Position numbers and translations under genes: made by a program
The notes under the pieces: model-generated
What the model was told of the DNA's origin: nothing
What the model saw: only the letters and a program-made list of their open reading frames with translations
Databases searched by the model: none
Assembly (NCBI GenBank): GCA_963778525.1
Contig: CAVZUJ010000009.1
Span: forward strand, 589,112-653,111
Direction of reading: 5' to 3'
Origin: an uncultured beta proteobacterium
GTDB taxonomy: Bacteria; Pseudomonadota; Gammaproteobacteria; Burkholderiales; Burkholderiaceae_C
DNA length: 64,000 bases
In this document: piece after piece, positions 24,230 to 34,954 of the stretch
Layout: each line of letters begins with the position of its first letter
Numbering within the stretch: position 1 is the first letter of the stretch

Positions 24230-25905
24230 TGCAGGCGTGCGGCGGAGCGGCGCACGCTCCAGGCGCGACCCGGGAACGGCGGCGAACAGCGCCTGGGTGT
24301 ACGGATGCGCGGGCGCGTTGAAGACGGCTTCGGTGCGGCCCGAACTCGACGATCTCGCCGTGCCGCATCACCGCGATCGATCGCACACTTGGGCGGCGAC
24401 CCGCAGATCATGGGTGATGAACAGCATCGCCAGATCGAAGCGCTCGCGGATCGTCCGAGCAGCTCGCAGGACCTGCGCCTGCACCGAGACGTCGAGCGCC
24501 GAGACCGGCTCGTCGGCGACGAGCATCGGGGTCGAGCGCCAGCGCGCGCGCGATGCCGATGCGCTGGCGCTGGCCGCCGGAAAATTCATGCGGAAAGCGG
24601 TCGGCGCTGCGCGCGTCGAGGCCGACCAGCGTCGAGGAGCTCGACGGCGCGCGCCTGCGCGCGCTTCGCGCGCGTCGCGCCGTGGAGCAATCGGCCCTTC
24701 GGCGATGAGCGTCGCCGACCGGCCGGCGCGGATTGAGCGAGCCGTAAGGGATCCTGGAACACCATCTGGATGTGCTTGCGATGCGGCCGCAGCGCCGCGC
24801 GCGAAAGCGGCCGAAGTCGACGTCGCCGAGCCGGATCTCGCCCGCGTCGGGCATCGACCAGCCGCGACGATGCAGCGCGCCAGCGTCGACTTCCCGGAGC
24901 CCGATTCGCCGACGATGCCGAGGGTCTCGCCGCGGCGGATCGTCAAGGTGACGTCCTTCGCCGCATGCACGACCTTCGTCGCGCCGCGCGGAACATGCGC
25001 CCGCGCCGCGATAGGTCTTCTCCAGGCCGCGGACCTCGAGCAGCGACCGGCGTCGTCGTCGAAGGCCGCGGCGCGCGCGTCGGCGTCAAGGTCGGGCACC
25101 GCCGCGATCAGCGCTCGCGTATAGGGGTGCTGCGGGCGCTCAAGCACGTCCGTCGCCGCGCCGCTGCTCGACCAGCTGCCCTGCTGCATCACCGCGACCC
25201 GGTCGGCGATCTCCGCGACGACGCCGAAGTCATGGGTGATGAACAGGATGCGCCATGCCGCGCTGCGCCTGCATCTCCTTGATCAGGCGCAGGATCTGTG
25301 CCTGCGTCGTGACGTCGAGCGCGGTCGTCGGCTCGTCGGCGATCAGGATGTCGGGCTCCAGCACCAGCGCCATCGCGATCATCGCGCGCTGCCGCTGGCC
25401 GCCCGAGAGCTGATGCGGATAGGCGTGCGATAGATGCGGCCGGGTCCGGCAGGCGCACGGCGGCGAACAACTCGATGATCCGCTTGCGCCGCTCGGCCGC
25501 GCGACAGCGCGCGCGATGCGACCGCGATCGACTTCGTCGATCTGCCGGCCGATCGTCATCACCGGGTTGAGCGCCGTCATCGGCTCCTGGAAGATCATCG
25601 CGATGCGGCTGCCGCGGACTCGCGCATGCCGTGCGGGCGGCAGCCTGCAGTGAGGTCCTCGCCCTCATAGAGGATGCTGCCCGCGCTCACGCTGCACGTG
25701 GGCTGCGGGCAGGAGGCCGCAGGATCGCTGCGCGCCGTCACCGATTTGCCCGAGCCCGGATTCACCGACGACGCACAGGATCTCGTTGCGCGCGCAGCTC
25801 CGAGGCTCACGTTCTCGACCGCATGCGGCCGGTCGGCCCACGCGGCAGGTCGACCGTCAGACCCTCGATCGTCAGGACGCTCGGCGTCCGGCTCATACGG
25901 TCCGC
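24230..25905 (-). pseudogene. Fused double-ATPase ABC protein (DppD/DppF-like), many frameshifts
   Basis: Fragments [87 protein letters not shown] and [18 protein letters not shown] lie on different minus frames. Confidence 0.6.
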
Positions 25906-25914
25906 AGGCGCGGA

Positions 25915-26770
25915 TTGAGCGCGTCGTTCAGACCGTCGCCGACGAGATTGATCGACGAGCACGGTGAGCAGGATCGCGATGCCCGGAATCGCGCACAGCC
26001 ACCAGGCGCGAGCGCATGAACGTGCGGCCGGCGCCGATCATGAAGCCCCAGCTCATGACGTTCGGATCGCCGAGGCCGAGGAAGGACAGCGCCGATTCGA
26101 TCAGGATCGCCGTCGCGACCATCAACGAGCCCGTGACGATGATCGGCGAAAGGCAGTTGGGAAGGATCTGGCGCAGGATGATCGCGGCATGTCGCTCATG
26201 CCCAGCACGACGCAGGCCTGCACGAATTCGCGCTTGCGCATGGCGATGAACTCGCCGCGCACCAGCCGCGCGATCGGCGGCCAGCTGACGACGGCGATGG
26301 CGATGATCGACGCTCGTGATCGACGGGCGTGAGGATGGCGACCAGCATGATCGCGAAGATGAAGGACGGGATGGTCTGGAAGAACTCGGTCATCCGCATC
26401 AGGCAGTCGTCGACGCGGCCGCCGTAATAGCCGGCGAGGCCGCCGATCAGTGACGCCGAAGAGCGACCGCGATCAGAGGTCGCGACGAGCGCCGATCAGC
26501 AAGCGAGGTGCGCGCGCCATAGAGCAAGCGCCGCCGCGAGGTCGCGGCCGAGCTGTCGGTGCCGAACAGATACTCGCCGAACGGCGCGCTGGAACGGCTG
26601 GCCGACGATGGCCGAAGGGACTGGCCGGAAAGAATCAGCGGCGCGCGCAGGCCGCGACAGGACCGACGAGGATGAGCGTCACAGGCCCAGCACCGCCGGC
26701 GCGGATTGCGGACGAAGCGTCTGCCAGAGAAGGCGTGCATCGGCTCATGACGCTCGATGCGCGGATCGAG
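25915..26770 (-). pseudogene. ABC permease (DppC-like), frameshifts
   Basis: RMTEFFQTIPSFIFAIMLVAILTP..., ...ATAILIESALSFLGLGDPNVMSWGFMIG..., N-terminal fragments APFGEYLFGTD and LLYGARTSL. Confidence 0.55.
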
Positions 26771-27770
26771 AAGCGATATAGACAACGTCGACGAGCAGGT
26801 TGACCACCACCACCAGACAGGCCGAGATGAAGAAGATGCCGAGCAGCAGGTTGAGGTCGCGCGCGAACAGCGACTCGAAGGCGAGCAGACCGAGGCCGGG
26901 CCAGCCGAACACGGATTCGACCACGACCGAGCCGCCGAGCAGGCCGCCGACCTGCACGCCCGCCATGGTCACGACCGGCAGCAGCGGCATTACGCAGGAC
27001 GTGGCGCGAGCGTGATCTGCCGCTCGGTCAGGCCCTTGGCGCGGGCGGTGATGACATAGTCCATCGCCGTACTGCTCGAGCATCGTGGCCCGCATCAGGC
27101 GCGTGTAGAGCGCCATATAGAAGAGTGAAAGCGTGAGCGCCGGCAGGACCAGGTGCTGGGCGATGTCCACGACGCGGTCCCAGCCTTCGTAGAAGGCGCC
27201 GATCGGCTCCATGCCGCTGGTCGGCAGCCAGTCGAGCTTCATCGAGAACAGCGACGATCAGCATCAGGCCGATCCAGAACAGCGGCGTCGCGTAGGCGAT
27301 GATCGCGAGCATCGAGATCAGGTGTGTCGGTCCAGCGGTCGCAGGCTGCAGCGCGGCGATCGACGCCGAGCAGCGATGCCGATGCCGACGGAGATGAGCG
27401 AACGCGGTGCAGCATCAGCAGCAGCGTCGGCCACGAGCCGGCTCAGGATCAGGTCGGTGCACCGGCATGCCGTGCCGGAACGAATAGCCGAGATCCAGCG
27501 TCGCGACGTTCTTCAGGTAGACGCCGAGCTGGACGTAGACCGGCTGGTCGAGGCCGAACTTCTGGCGCAGCTGCGTCCATGTATTCCGGCGTCGCCGCGC
27601 CGGCTTCGCCGGCCAGCACGTCGGCGGCGTCGCCGGGTGCCAGGTGCAGCAGCAGCGAAATTGAGCGACGACGATGCCGAGGATCGTCGGGATCGCCGCA
27701 GCGCGCAGGCGCTTGCACGACGTAGCGCAATGCCTCGCGGTCAGAGCCGCTTCATCGGGATTGCCTGCGC
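26730..27770 (-). pseudogene. ABC permease (DppB-like), frameshifts
   Basis: ALRYVVQ...LLLHLAPGDAADVLAGEAGAATPEYMD..., ...CVMPLLPVVTMAGVQVGGLLGGSVVVESVFGWPGLGLLAFESLFARDLNLLLGIFFISACLVVVVNLLVDVVYI. Confidence 0.55.
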
Positions 27771-27837
27771 CACGGTCTGGCGCGCCGGCTGGCTCGACTT
27801 TGCCCAGCCAAGCCGCCTGATCGACATCGAGCGAGGC

Positions 27838-29454
27838 CTACTCCAGGCCGTAGCGAAGGGCTAGATGCCAGCGGCGTGATCACCTGTAGCTTCTTGTTGT
27901 AGATGGTCGAGGAAGTCGAGCTCCATCACCTAGACGATCGGCGTCGCCTCGACGACGTCTTTCTGGAACTGGTGATAGAGGTCGTTGCGCTTCTTCGGGA
28001 TCCGACCTCGACCGTGGCCTTGTCCATCAGCTCGTCGGTTTCGCTTCGAGCTCCAGCCGGTAATCGTTCACGAACACGGTGCCCGGCTTGATCATCTTCG
28101 AGTGGTAGAGCGCGGTGCACGCCGATCACCGGATCGGCCAGGGTCTGGATCCAGTTGCTCGTCATGCGTGTAAGTCGTAGTTCGGTGTACACGCGGCGCA
28201 GCCAGGTCGGCACGTCTTCGTAGCGCAGGTCGACCTTGATGCCGACCTTGCCGAGCTGCTGCTGCACGGCTTCGCCGAAGCGGCTGCCATTCCTCGCCGT
28301 AGCGGCGTGATGTCGTGCATGATCTCGAAGCGCGTGCCGTCGGCCTTCGTCGGGTAGCCGGCCTCGTCGAGCAGCTTGTTGGCCAGCTCGATGCCGTTGG
28401 CCGCGATGTAGTCTGTGCACATCGGCCGTATAGAGGCCGTTGGCCTTAAAGTTCGAGCTGATCGGGCCGGTGGCCGGCTTGCCGAAGCCGAACCAGACGT
28501 TGTCGATGATGAACTTGCGGTCGATCGCGTAGGCGATCGCCTGGCGCACCTTTGACGTTGTCGAACGGCTTGCTTGCGCGTGTTGAGGTCGAGCTCGACG
28601 ATGGGCGACTGCATCTCGTAGCCCTTCGACGTGACCGCGATCTGCGGCAACTGCCTGCAGGCGCTTGACGTCGAGCGGCAGGGCATCGACGTTGAAGCCG
28701 CGCGATCTGCACTTCGCCGGTCTCGATGGCGGCGGCGCGCGTGCCGCCGTCGTTGATGAAGCGCGCAACGATCCGGTCGAGATAGGGCGGCCCGGCTTCC
28801 AGTAGTCGGGGTTGCGGTCGAACCGCATGTACTGGCCCCTCTGCCATTCGACGAACTTGAAGGGCCCGGTGCCGATCGGCTTGTTGGCGTTGCGATGGTT
28901 GGTGATGTCGCCGGTGCCGAAGATGTGCTTGGGCAGCATCGGCGATTCGTAGCCGGAGAGCGCCATCAGCATATAGGGCGCCGGCTCGGAGAGCTTGAAC
29001 ACGGCGGTGTAGCGGGTCGGGCGTCTCGACGGCCTCGACGGCGCGAAAGGTGCTGATGCCGCGCGGGTGCACGCGCTTCAAGCACGTCCATGACGGTGAA
29101 CTGCACGTCGGCGCGTGGTGAACGGCTTGCCGTCGTGGAACTTCACGCCGGGCTGCAGCTTGAAGGTGATGGTCTTGCCGTCGGCGCTCACCGTCCACGA
29201 CTTCGCCAGGCCGGGATCGGCTTGAGGTTGAAGTCGTATTCCAGCAGGCCCTCGTACACCTTGGTCGTGACCTGGCCGACGGGCCCGGCCGTGCTCTGGT
29301 ACGAGGCGAGCGTCGGCGGCTCGGGCTGCACCACCATGACCAGCGTGCCGCCGCTTTGCGGCGTGCCCTGTGCCTGGGCCGGCGACGCCGGACAGCGCGC
29401 CGAGGGCGGCGATCGCGAAGGTCAGTTGCCTTGCAAGACGGACGAAAGTGCGCA
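27838..29454 (-). pseudogene. Family-5 solute-binding protein (DppA/OppA-like), frameshifts plus an in-frame TAG
   Basis: MRTFVRLARQLTFAIAALGALSGVA...KSWTVSADGKTITFKLQPGVKFHDGKPFT...FKLSEPAPYMLMALSGYESPMLPKHIFGTGD...KKRNDLYHQFQKDVVEATPIV*VMELDF. The TAG at ~27925-27927 cuts an otherwise continuous reading frame. Confidence 0.6.
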
Positions 29455-29499
29455 TGGAGCCTTCTCCTCGACAGGGAATCGACGCGATCCTATGCGGAC

Positions 29500-30502
29500 C
29501 GAAGGCACTGTCAATGCAGTCATCCAGATGACCCGGATGACTTGCCGAAGACCTCGGGCGAAGGCCGCAGGTTCGACTCGCGACATAGGGAATACGAGAA
29601 GGTTCGAGTCTGCGATCCGCCAGTACTCGCTCCACATGTCGTGGGTCGCGTTGGGAAGAACGACCCGGCTGGCGTGCGGCAGGGTGCGCACGAGCAGGCC
29701 GTCGATCGCGTCGGCCAGCTTCAGGCTGCGCTCTCCGCTCAGCAGGAGCGTCGAGCGTCTGGATGCGCGCAACGGCGCCGAGGGGCACGGCCGGGAAGGC
29801 ATTCTTCGACGCGGTCAGTGCCTTCCATTCCGGACCGTCCTCGAGCAGGGCGCTGCGCACTTGCGCAGGCAGGCCCGCGAATGTCATCTTCTCGTCCGTG
29901 CCCGAGTAGCCGAGATTGCCGAAGCCATCCACCGCCGCTTTCACGCCGGCTTCGTTGCCTTGGCGAAAGCCGCGCGCCGCCGGCTGCCAGACCTTGCTCA
30001 TGAAGTCGTCGAAGAGAGCCTGGCCGCCGGCGACTTCGGGGAGCAGGCGCAGGGCCGGGGCCTCCGACAGGACGAGCGAGCGCACCAGCTCGGGATGCCT
30101 GGCCGCGAGGAGCAGGGCCGCATAGGCGCCGTAGGAGTAGCCGACCACATGCGCAGGTGCCAGCCTCAGCTTGACGATCAACGCCGCCAGATCGTCGGCG
30201 TCGGTGGCGGCCGAGTAGTCGGCGATGCGGGGCGCGCCCTTGTTTGGAAAGTTGTAGCGGCGGCTGTAGGCGACCGCGTGATAGCTTCGCGAGAAGGCGG
30301 CCACCTGTTCTTCCCAGGCCCGATAGTCTTCCAGGCCGCCGTGGACGAAGATCACAGCCACGCCGCGGCCCTGCTCGACATAGTGCAGCTCGACGCCGTT
30401 GACGCGCGCCGTCTGCACCTGACCTTGCGCCATCGCTTCTTGCGCGACGAAAGGGACAGACAGGCCGGCACAGAGGCAGAGGCGGAGCAGCGCATTCTTC
30501 AT
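29500..30502 (-). CDS. Secreted alpha/beta hydrolase, frameshift near the C-terminus; 3' end uncertain
   Basis: MKNALLRLCLCAGLSVPFVAQEAMAQ (signal peptide) ...VELHYVEQGRGVAVIFVHGGLEDYRAWEEQ...HVVGYSYGAYAALLLAARHPELVRSLVLSEAP... Confidence 0.6.
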
Positions 30503-30527
30503 CGGACGGGCGGCGTGCACGAGGAAT

Positions 30528-31010
30528 TTGCGCGGCGCGGGGCAAGGTAGCACAGGTTGGGCGAAGCTGAGCATTTGCTCACGCCAGGCGGCGGCGGCGT
30601 TGCCCGAACCGACAACGCTGCTGCCGGCGCCGCCTAAGATCGCGGCCCAACGCTTCAGCAGTCGCAACGATTTCGATGAGTTCCGCTTCAGTCATCAGCA
30701 GGCGGCGCCGGCAAATCGGCGCTGGCGCATCGCCTTCTTCGCCGTGATCCTCGTCTTGCTGTTCTGGGCCGCCATGTGGGGCGCGAGCATCATGGGCGAC
30801 AGCGGCCGCATCCCCGCCGAGCTGGCCGCGGCGGCCCAGCAACCGGGCGAGATGGTGTGCTCGCAGGGCGCCATCACGCGCGGCGACGGCTCGTTCATCG
30901 ATACCGTCTTCGGCGCCGGACGCTTTCGCTGCATCGCCTGGCGCATGCGGCATCGCCAGGTCGACCCCGCCACCGGCGCCACCGACTGGCCTTCCTCGCC
31001 TCGTCGCTGA
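30528..31010 (+). CDS. Hypothetical membrane-anchored protein
   Basis: Single TM helix (RRWRIAFFAVILVLLFWAAMWGASIMG) and a plausible soluble tail; no family recognised; start uncertain. Confidence 0.3.
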   Translation: MRGAGQGSTGWAKLSICSRQAAAALPEPTTLLPAPPKIAAQRFSSRNDFDEFRFSHQQAAPANRRWRIAFFAVILVLLFWAAMWGASIMGDSGRIPAELAAAAQQPGEMVCSQGAITRGDGSFIDTVFGAGRFRCIAWRMRHRQVDPATGATDWPSSPRR

Positions 31011-31025
31011 CGCCGGCCCACCGCC

Positions 31026-32975
31026 TCAGTGCGGTGGCGCTTGCAGACCGGCCAGCTCGCGCGCCTTCATCGAGCTCATCAGCGCCAGCAGGGTCGAGAA
31101 GGCATTGCCGTCGGCGCCGCCGCCGAGCTGGATCTGCGGCACCAGCGGCACCTTCGCCGTCTCGAAGGCTTCGGCCAGGCGCAGCATCACCGTCTGCATG
31201 AGCTGCTTGTCGGCACCTTCGCCTTCGAGCGCGTCCGACTTGGCCTTCATCGCCGAGGCTTCGGCATCGCCGATCGCCTTGATCGCCGAGGCCCGGCCGG
31301 CGCCTTCGTTTTCCTGGCGGAACTTGTCGGCCTGCGCCAGCAGCGAGATCTCCTCGCGCCGGCGCTCGGCGGCCTTCACCAGCGCCGCGCCGTGGTTGTC
31401 CTTGATCGAGATGTCGACCAGCGAGGCCGTCAGCTCGGCCTGCTTCTGGGCGCGCTTCTCGGCCTCGTTGAACTCGCGCAGCTTGTCGGCGGCGATCTGC
31501 TTCTGCGCAAAGGTCTCGACCTGCTCGCGCGCGATCTGCCGGTCGCGCAGCTGCGACATGATGTTCTCGATCTGGGTGTCGCCGGCCTGCGGCTTCGGCG
31601 TGCCGATCAGCACTTCCTGGAACTCGAGCGAGTAGGCGCGGAAGCGCTCGCGCATGTCGACCGAAGCGCCCGCCTGCAATTCGCTGCGCGACTGGATCAG
31701 CTCGATGAAGGTGCGCGTCTGCGAGACGTTCTTGAAGTACGACGAGACCATCGGGTCGAGCGTCTGCTCGACCAGCTGCTTCACGTTGCCGAAGCGCTGC
31801 ACCACCATCGGCGCCTTCCTGTAGTCGATGTGCACGACCACGGAGAGCGGCAGCAGCGGCTCGAACGCGTCCTTGGTGATCAGCGTGATCTCGCGCAGGT
31901 TCGAGTCGAAGCTCGAGCCGCTCGAGCCCGATTGCCACATCAGCACGAAGTTGGTCGTGGGCACCAGCTCGATCTTGCCGGCGTAGGTGTTGAACGCGTA
32001 CTTGCCCGGCATCAACGGATCGCGCCAGACGCCGCGACAGCCGGTCTCGACCAGCTCGCCGTGCGTGTAGTCGCTGCCCGAGGTGTCCTTGCCCCAGCGG
32101 CCGGTGTACGAGACCACGACGCCGACGAAGCCGACCGGGATGACGGTCTTCTTGATCAGCTCGACGGTCGCGAACAGGCGGTTGATGTAGTAGGTGCCTT
32201 CGACGAGCACGCGTTCCTGGCGCCCGCGCCGGCCACCCGCGGCGAGGAAGTGCTCGGGCTCCTGGAACGAGTTGTGGCCGTCGCCGACGTCGGGCGCGAG
32301 CAGCTCGTCGCGCTGCAGCGCCGGGCCGTCGTGCACGGTCACCACGGCGAGCAGGTCCGACTCCGCGCCTTCGTTGGCGCTGCGGATCACCACCGGCGTG
32401 AAGGCGCGACGCTGGTCGAGCACCGCCCGCATCTTGTCGTAGTAGTCCTGCTCCTTTTCCTCGAGCGGCATCGAGTAGGTCGCCTCTTCGGTCATGACGA
32501 CGAAGAGCGCCGGGTTGATGATGTGCGTGCCTTCGCGCAGCACCTTGCGCTGCGGCCCTTTCTGGCCGCCGCCGGCGAGAAAGGCGCGCACGTCGCGGAA
32601 GTCGCCGACCTTGGCGTTGTCGGCCAGCGTCTGGCCGGCCGGCAGGTCGCGGCCGTCGCGCGCGAAGACATAGCCGATCTTGCCCTGCGTCACCGAGACC
32701 ATCGGGCAGATGTGCACCCGGTACTGGAAGGGCGCGAAGAAATGGAAGCCGCCGCGCCGCACGTCGGGCTGAAAGCCGGCTTCGCCGCCGAGCGCCAGCA
32801 GGCCCGAGCGAACCGAACCGGCCGGGCTCCAGAGCTTTTCGACGATGCCCAGGCGCGCGTTCGGGATGTAGCGCACGATGTGCGCGGCAATGAAGAGAAG
32901 GATGAGGCACACGGCCACGCCGGTGCCGATGAGGAGCGGCCACAGCCAGTCGCCGCCGAACAGATCGCGAAACAT
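31026..32975 (-). CDS. Flotillin / SPFH (band 7) family inner-membrane protein (YqiK-like)
   Basis: 649 aa, intact; N-terminal TM helix, SPFH core, long coiled-coil, Ala/Gly-rich C-terminus. Confidence 0.85.
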   Translation of the reverse strand: MFRDLFGGDWLWPLLIGTGVAVCLILLFIAAHIVRYIPNARLGIVEKLWSPAGSVRSGLLALGGEAGFQPDVRRGGFHFFAPFQYRVHICPMVSVTQGKIGYVFARDGRDLPAGQTLADNAKVGDFRDVRAFLAGGGQKGPQRKVLREGTHIINPALFVVMTEEATYSMPLEEKEQDYYDKMRAVLDQRRAFTPVVIRSANEGAESDLLAVVTVHDGPALQRDELLAPDVGDGHNSFQEPEHFLAAGGRRGRQERVLVEGTYYINRLFATVELIKKTVIPVGFVGVVVSYTGRWGKDTSGSDYTHGELVETGCRGVWRDPLMPGKYAFNTYAGKIELVPTTNFVLMWQSGSSGSSFDSNLREITLITKDAFEPLLPLSVVVHIDYRKAPMVVQRFGNVKQLVEQTLDPMVSSYFKNVSQTRTFIELIQSRSELQAGASVDMRERFRAYSLEFQEVLIGTPKPQAGDTQIENIMSQLRDRQIAREQVETFAQKQIAADKLREFNEAEKRAQKQAELTASLVDISIKDNHGAALVKAAERRREEISLLAQADKFRQENEGAGRASAIKAIGDAEASAMKAKSDALEGEGADKQLMQTVMLRLAEAFETAKVPLVPQIQLGGGADGNAFSTLLALMSSMKARELAGLQAPPH

Positions 32976-33437
32976 ATCGAGCTACTTTCTTCGAAGGGTG
33001 GAACACGCGGCAGCTCACCCGCCGCGCCGAAGCGCAGCGTGCAGGCGTACCGATCCGGTCGTGTGCGCGAGCTTTCGCTCAGCGCATCGACCGCGATTTG
33101 CGGAGGGAACGGCGCGCGGCCGTCAGTGCAGGCGTCGTCGCCGCAGCGGCAGGCGCAATGCGGCGCGCAGCGCCAGCAAAAGAGGCCGTTGCCAGCGGCT
33201 GCCGGAGGAGGCGATGCCGACACGCGAGGCGTCGGCGGGGCACAGGATGATCACGAGAGACTCTTGCGTCGGCGGCCCGATGGGCGCGACGAACGAAATC
33301 GTGCTCCTCGTAAACCCGAACGTCAAGCGCGCTCGTCGGTCTCGCCGCTGCCTGTCGCCGGGCGGTGCAAATGCTTCTGGCGATACATCGCCGCATCGCC
33401 GCGCTGCAGCAAGTGAACTGGCGTAAAGGTCTGTTCC

Positions 33438-34898
33438 TCAGTGCCAGTCGACCGTGCCGAAGCGGTCTTGCCCGAGCAGCGTATAGAAGATGCCGACCGT
33501 CACCTGCGTCTGCTCCTGCGTTGCCGGACTCACGAAGCGGGCGTCGCGGCGATTGCCGATCACCTTGATCGTCACGGCTTGCTGCTTGGCGATCCGGTAG
33601 GTGAACGATGCATCGCCGCGCAGGATGTTGTCGTGACCGCCGTCGGTGCCCGAGCCGACGTTGCTGACGAAGTATTCGCGCCCGGTCAGGTCGAGCGAGG
33701 CCTTGTCGCTGTGGGTCAGGCGCAGCGCCAGCAGCGCCTGCGGTGCGACGCCGTAGTTGTAGTCGCGGTCGCTCGCCGAGCCGTGCGTGGTGCCGACGGC
33801 CGCATAGCCTGCGCCGATCATCGCCGTGCCTTGCAGGGAGATCGAATCGCTGAGCTGCCACTGCGCCGTCGAGCCGATCGACACGGCCGTGCTCGAGACG
33901 CGAAACGTTTGCGGCGCCAGGTAGTCGTAGCTGCCGTAGATGCCCCAGACGCCGCGATAGTCCGGCCCCGCTTCGTAGCTCTTGCCGATGAGCAAGCCGC
34001 GCGTCAGCACGTTCTCGAGGCCGTTCGCGCTCGACGCGGTGATCGCGAAGTTGAAGTAGTCGAAAGGCCGCGTGTATTCATAGCCGCCTTTGCCGGGCAG
34101 TCCGTAGTCGATGGAGTAGTCGACCTGTGCTTCGTTGAGTTTGAAATCCGCCGTCGAGCTGCCGAGCTCCTGCTTGACGCTGTGCGCATAGCCGAGCTCG
34201 AGGCGGCTGAAGTACGCCGCGTCGTGGCTCGAGAAGATGCCGCCGTGGCGATCGGCGAAGACCAGGCGATTGAAGCCCGCCGCCGGGTCGATCGCCGTCG
34301 CCGCCACTTCGCGCCAGAAGCGCGGCAGGCCGCCGCCCTGCTCGAGCACGAGATTCGACATCCGGAACAGCGCTTCGCCGAGGAAGGTGCCGCCGATGCC
34401 GCTTGCCACCTGGTCGTTGCGTGAAGGCTTCGTCTGCTCGCCGGCAATCTCCCAGACCGCGCTGCCGGCAAAGGCATAGCCGGCCGATTGCCAGAAGTCG
34501 AGTCCCGCCGATCGGGCGAAGCCGAAGTACATCGCACCTTGCACCGGATGGCCGAGCTGGTTCGTCTCGAACGGATCGTCGTCGGTGCCCCAGCCGCTGC
34601 GCAGGTTGCGCCGGATGCTGTCGAGCGTGACGTGGTAGTCCTCGCGCTCGCTGCCGTAGTGGTAATTCGCGCGGTTGAGGATGAACTGGAAGCCGAGGAT
34701 CTCCGCGGCGGGCAGAAGGTAGCTCGGCGTCGTCGCGGCCGGCGTGCTCGCCGCGTCCGCGTCGCTCGCGCGCGGGCTCGAGGCGGCGGCTGCCGGCGCC
34801 GTGGCTTGCGCATGCGCGTCGAGGACGGCGCTGCCCAGCACCAGGCAAAGTGCCGTCACGACGAAGGAACCGAGGGGGTGGCGTGATCGCAGCCGCAT
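33438..34898 (-). CDS. Hypothetical exported / outer-membrane protein (possibly DUF3943-like)
   Basis: MRLRSRHPLGSFVVTALCLVLGSAVLDAHAQ (signal peptide); Gly/Tyr/Ser-rich beta-rich body ending ...DRFGTVDWH. Confidence 0.55.
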   Translation of the reverse strand: MRLRSRHPLGSFVVTALCLVLGSAVLDAHAQATAPAAAASSPRASDADAASTPAATTPSYLLPAAEILGFQFILNRANYHYGSEREDYHVTLDSIRRNLRSGWGTDDDPFETNQLGHPVQGAMYFGFARSAGLDFWQSAGYAFAGSAVWEIAGEQTKPSRNDQVASGIGGTFLGEALFRMSNLVLEQGGGLPRFWREVAATAIDPAAGFNRLVFADRHGGIFSSHDAAYFSRLELGYAHSVKQELGSSTADFKLNEAQVDYSIDYGLPGKGGYEYTRPFDYFNFAITASSANGLENVLTRGLLIGKSYEAGPDYRGVWGIYGSYDYLAPQTFRVSSTAVSIGSTAQWQLSDSISLQGTAMIGAGYAAVGTTHGSASDRDYNYGVAPQALLALRLTHSDKASLDLTGREYFVSNVGSGTDGGHDNILRGDASFTYRIAKQQAVTIKVIGNRRDARFVSPATQEQTQVTVGIFYTLLGQDRFGTVDWH

Positions 34899-34954
34899 CG
34901 ATGCTCGCGTCGGCAAGCGACGTACCCGCGCCCGTGAGCCGACAATCGCCGCCC

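Noticed and set aside
30895-33416. 707-aa minus ORF (30895..33018) and 795-aa plus ORF (31029..33416) around the flotillin gene
   Set aside because: Both are out-of-frame or antisense to the intact flotillin ORF and extend into the non-coding leader. Neither has homology-like content.
33365-33568. 67-aa plus ORF inside the flotillin leader
   Set aside because: No ribosome-binding site, Arg/Pro-rich with no hydrophobic core; indistinguishable from random high-GC ORFs.
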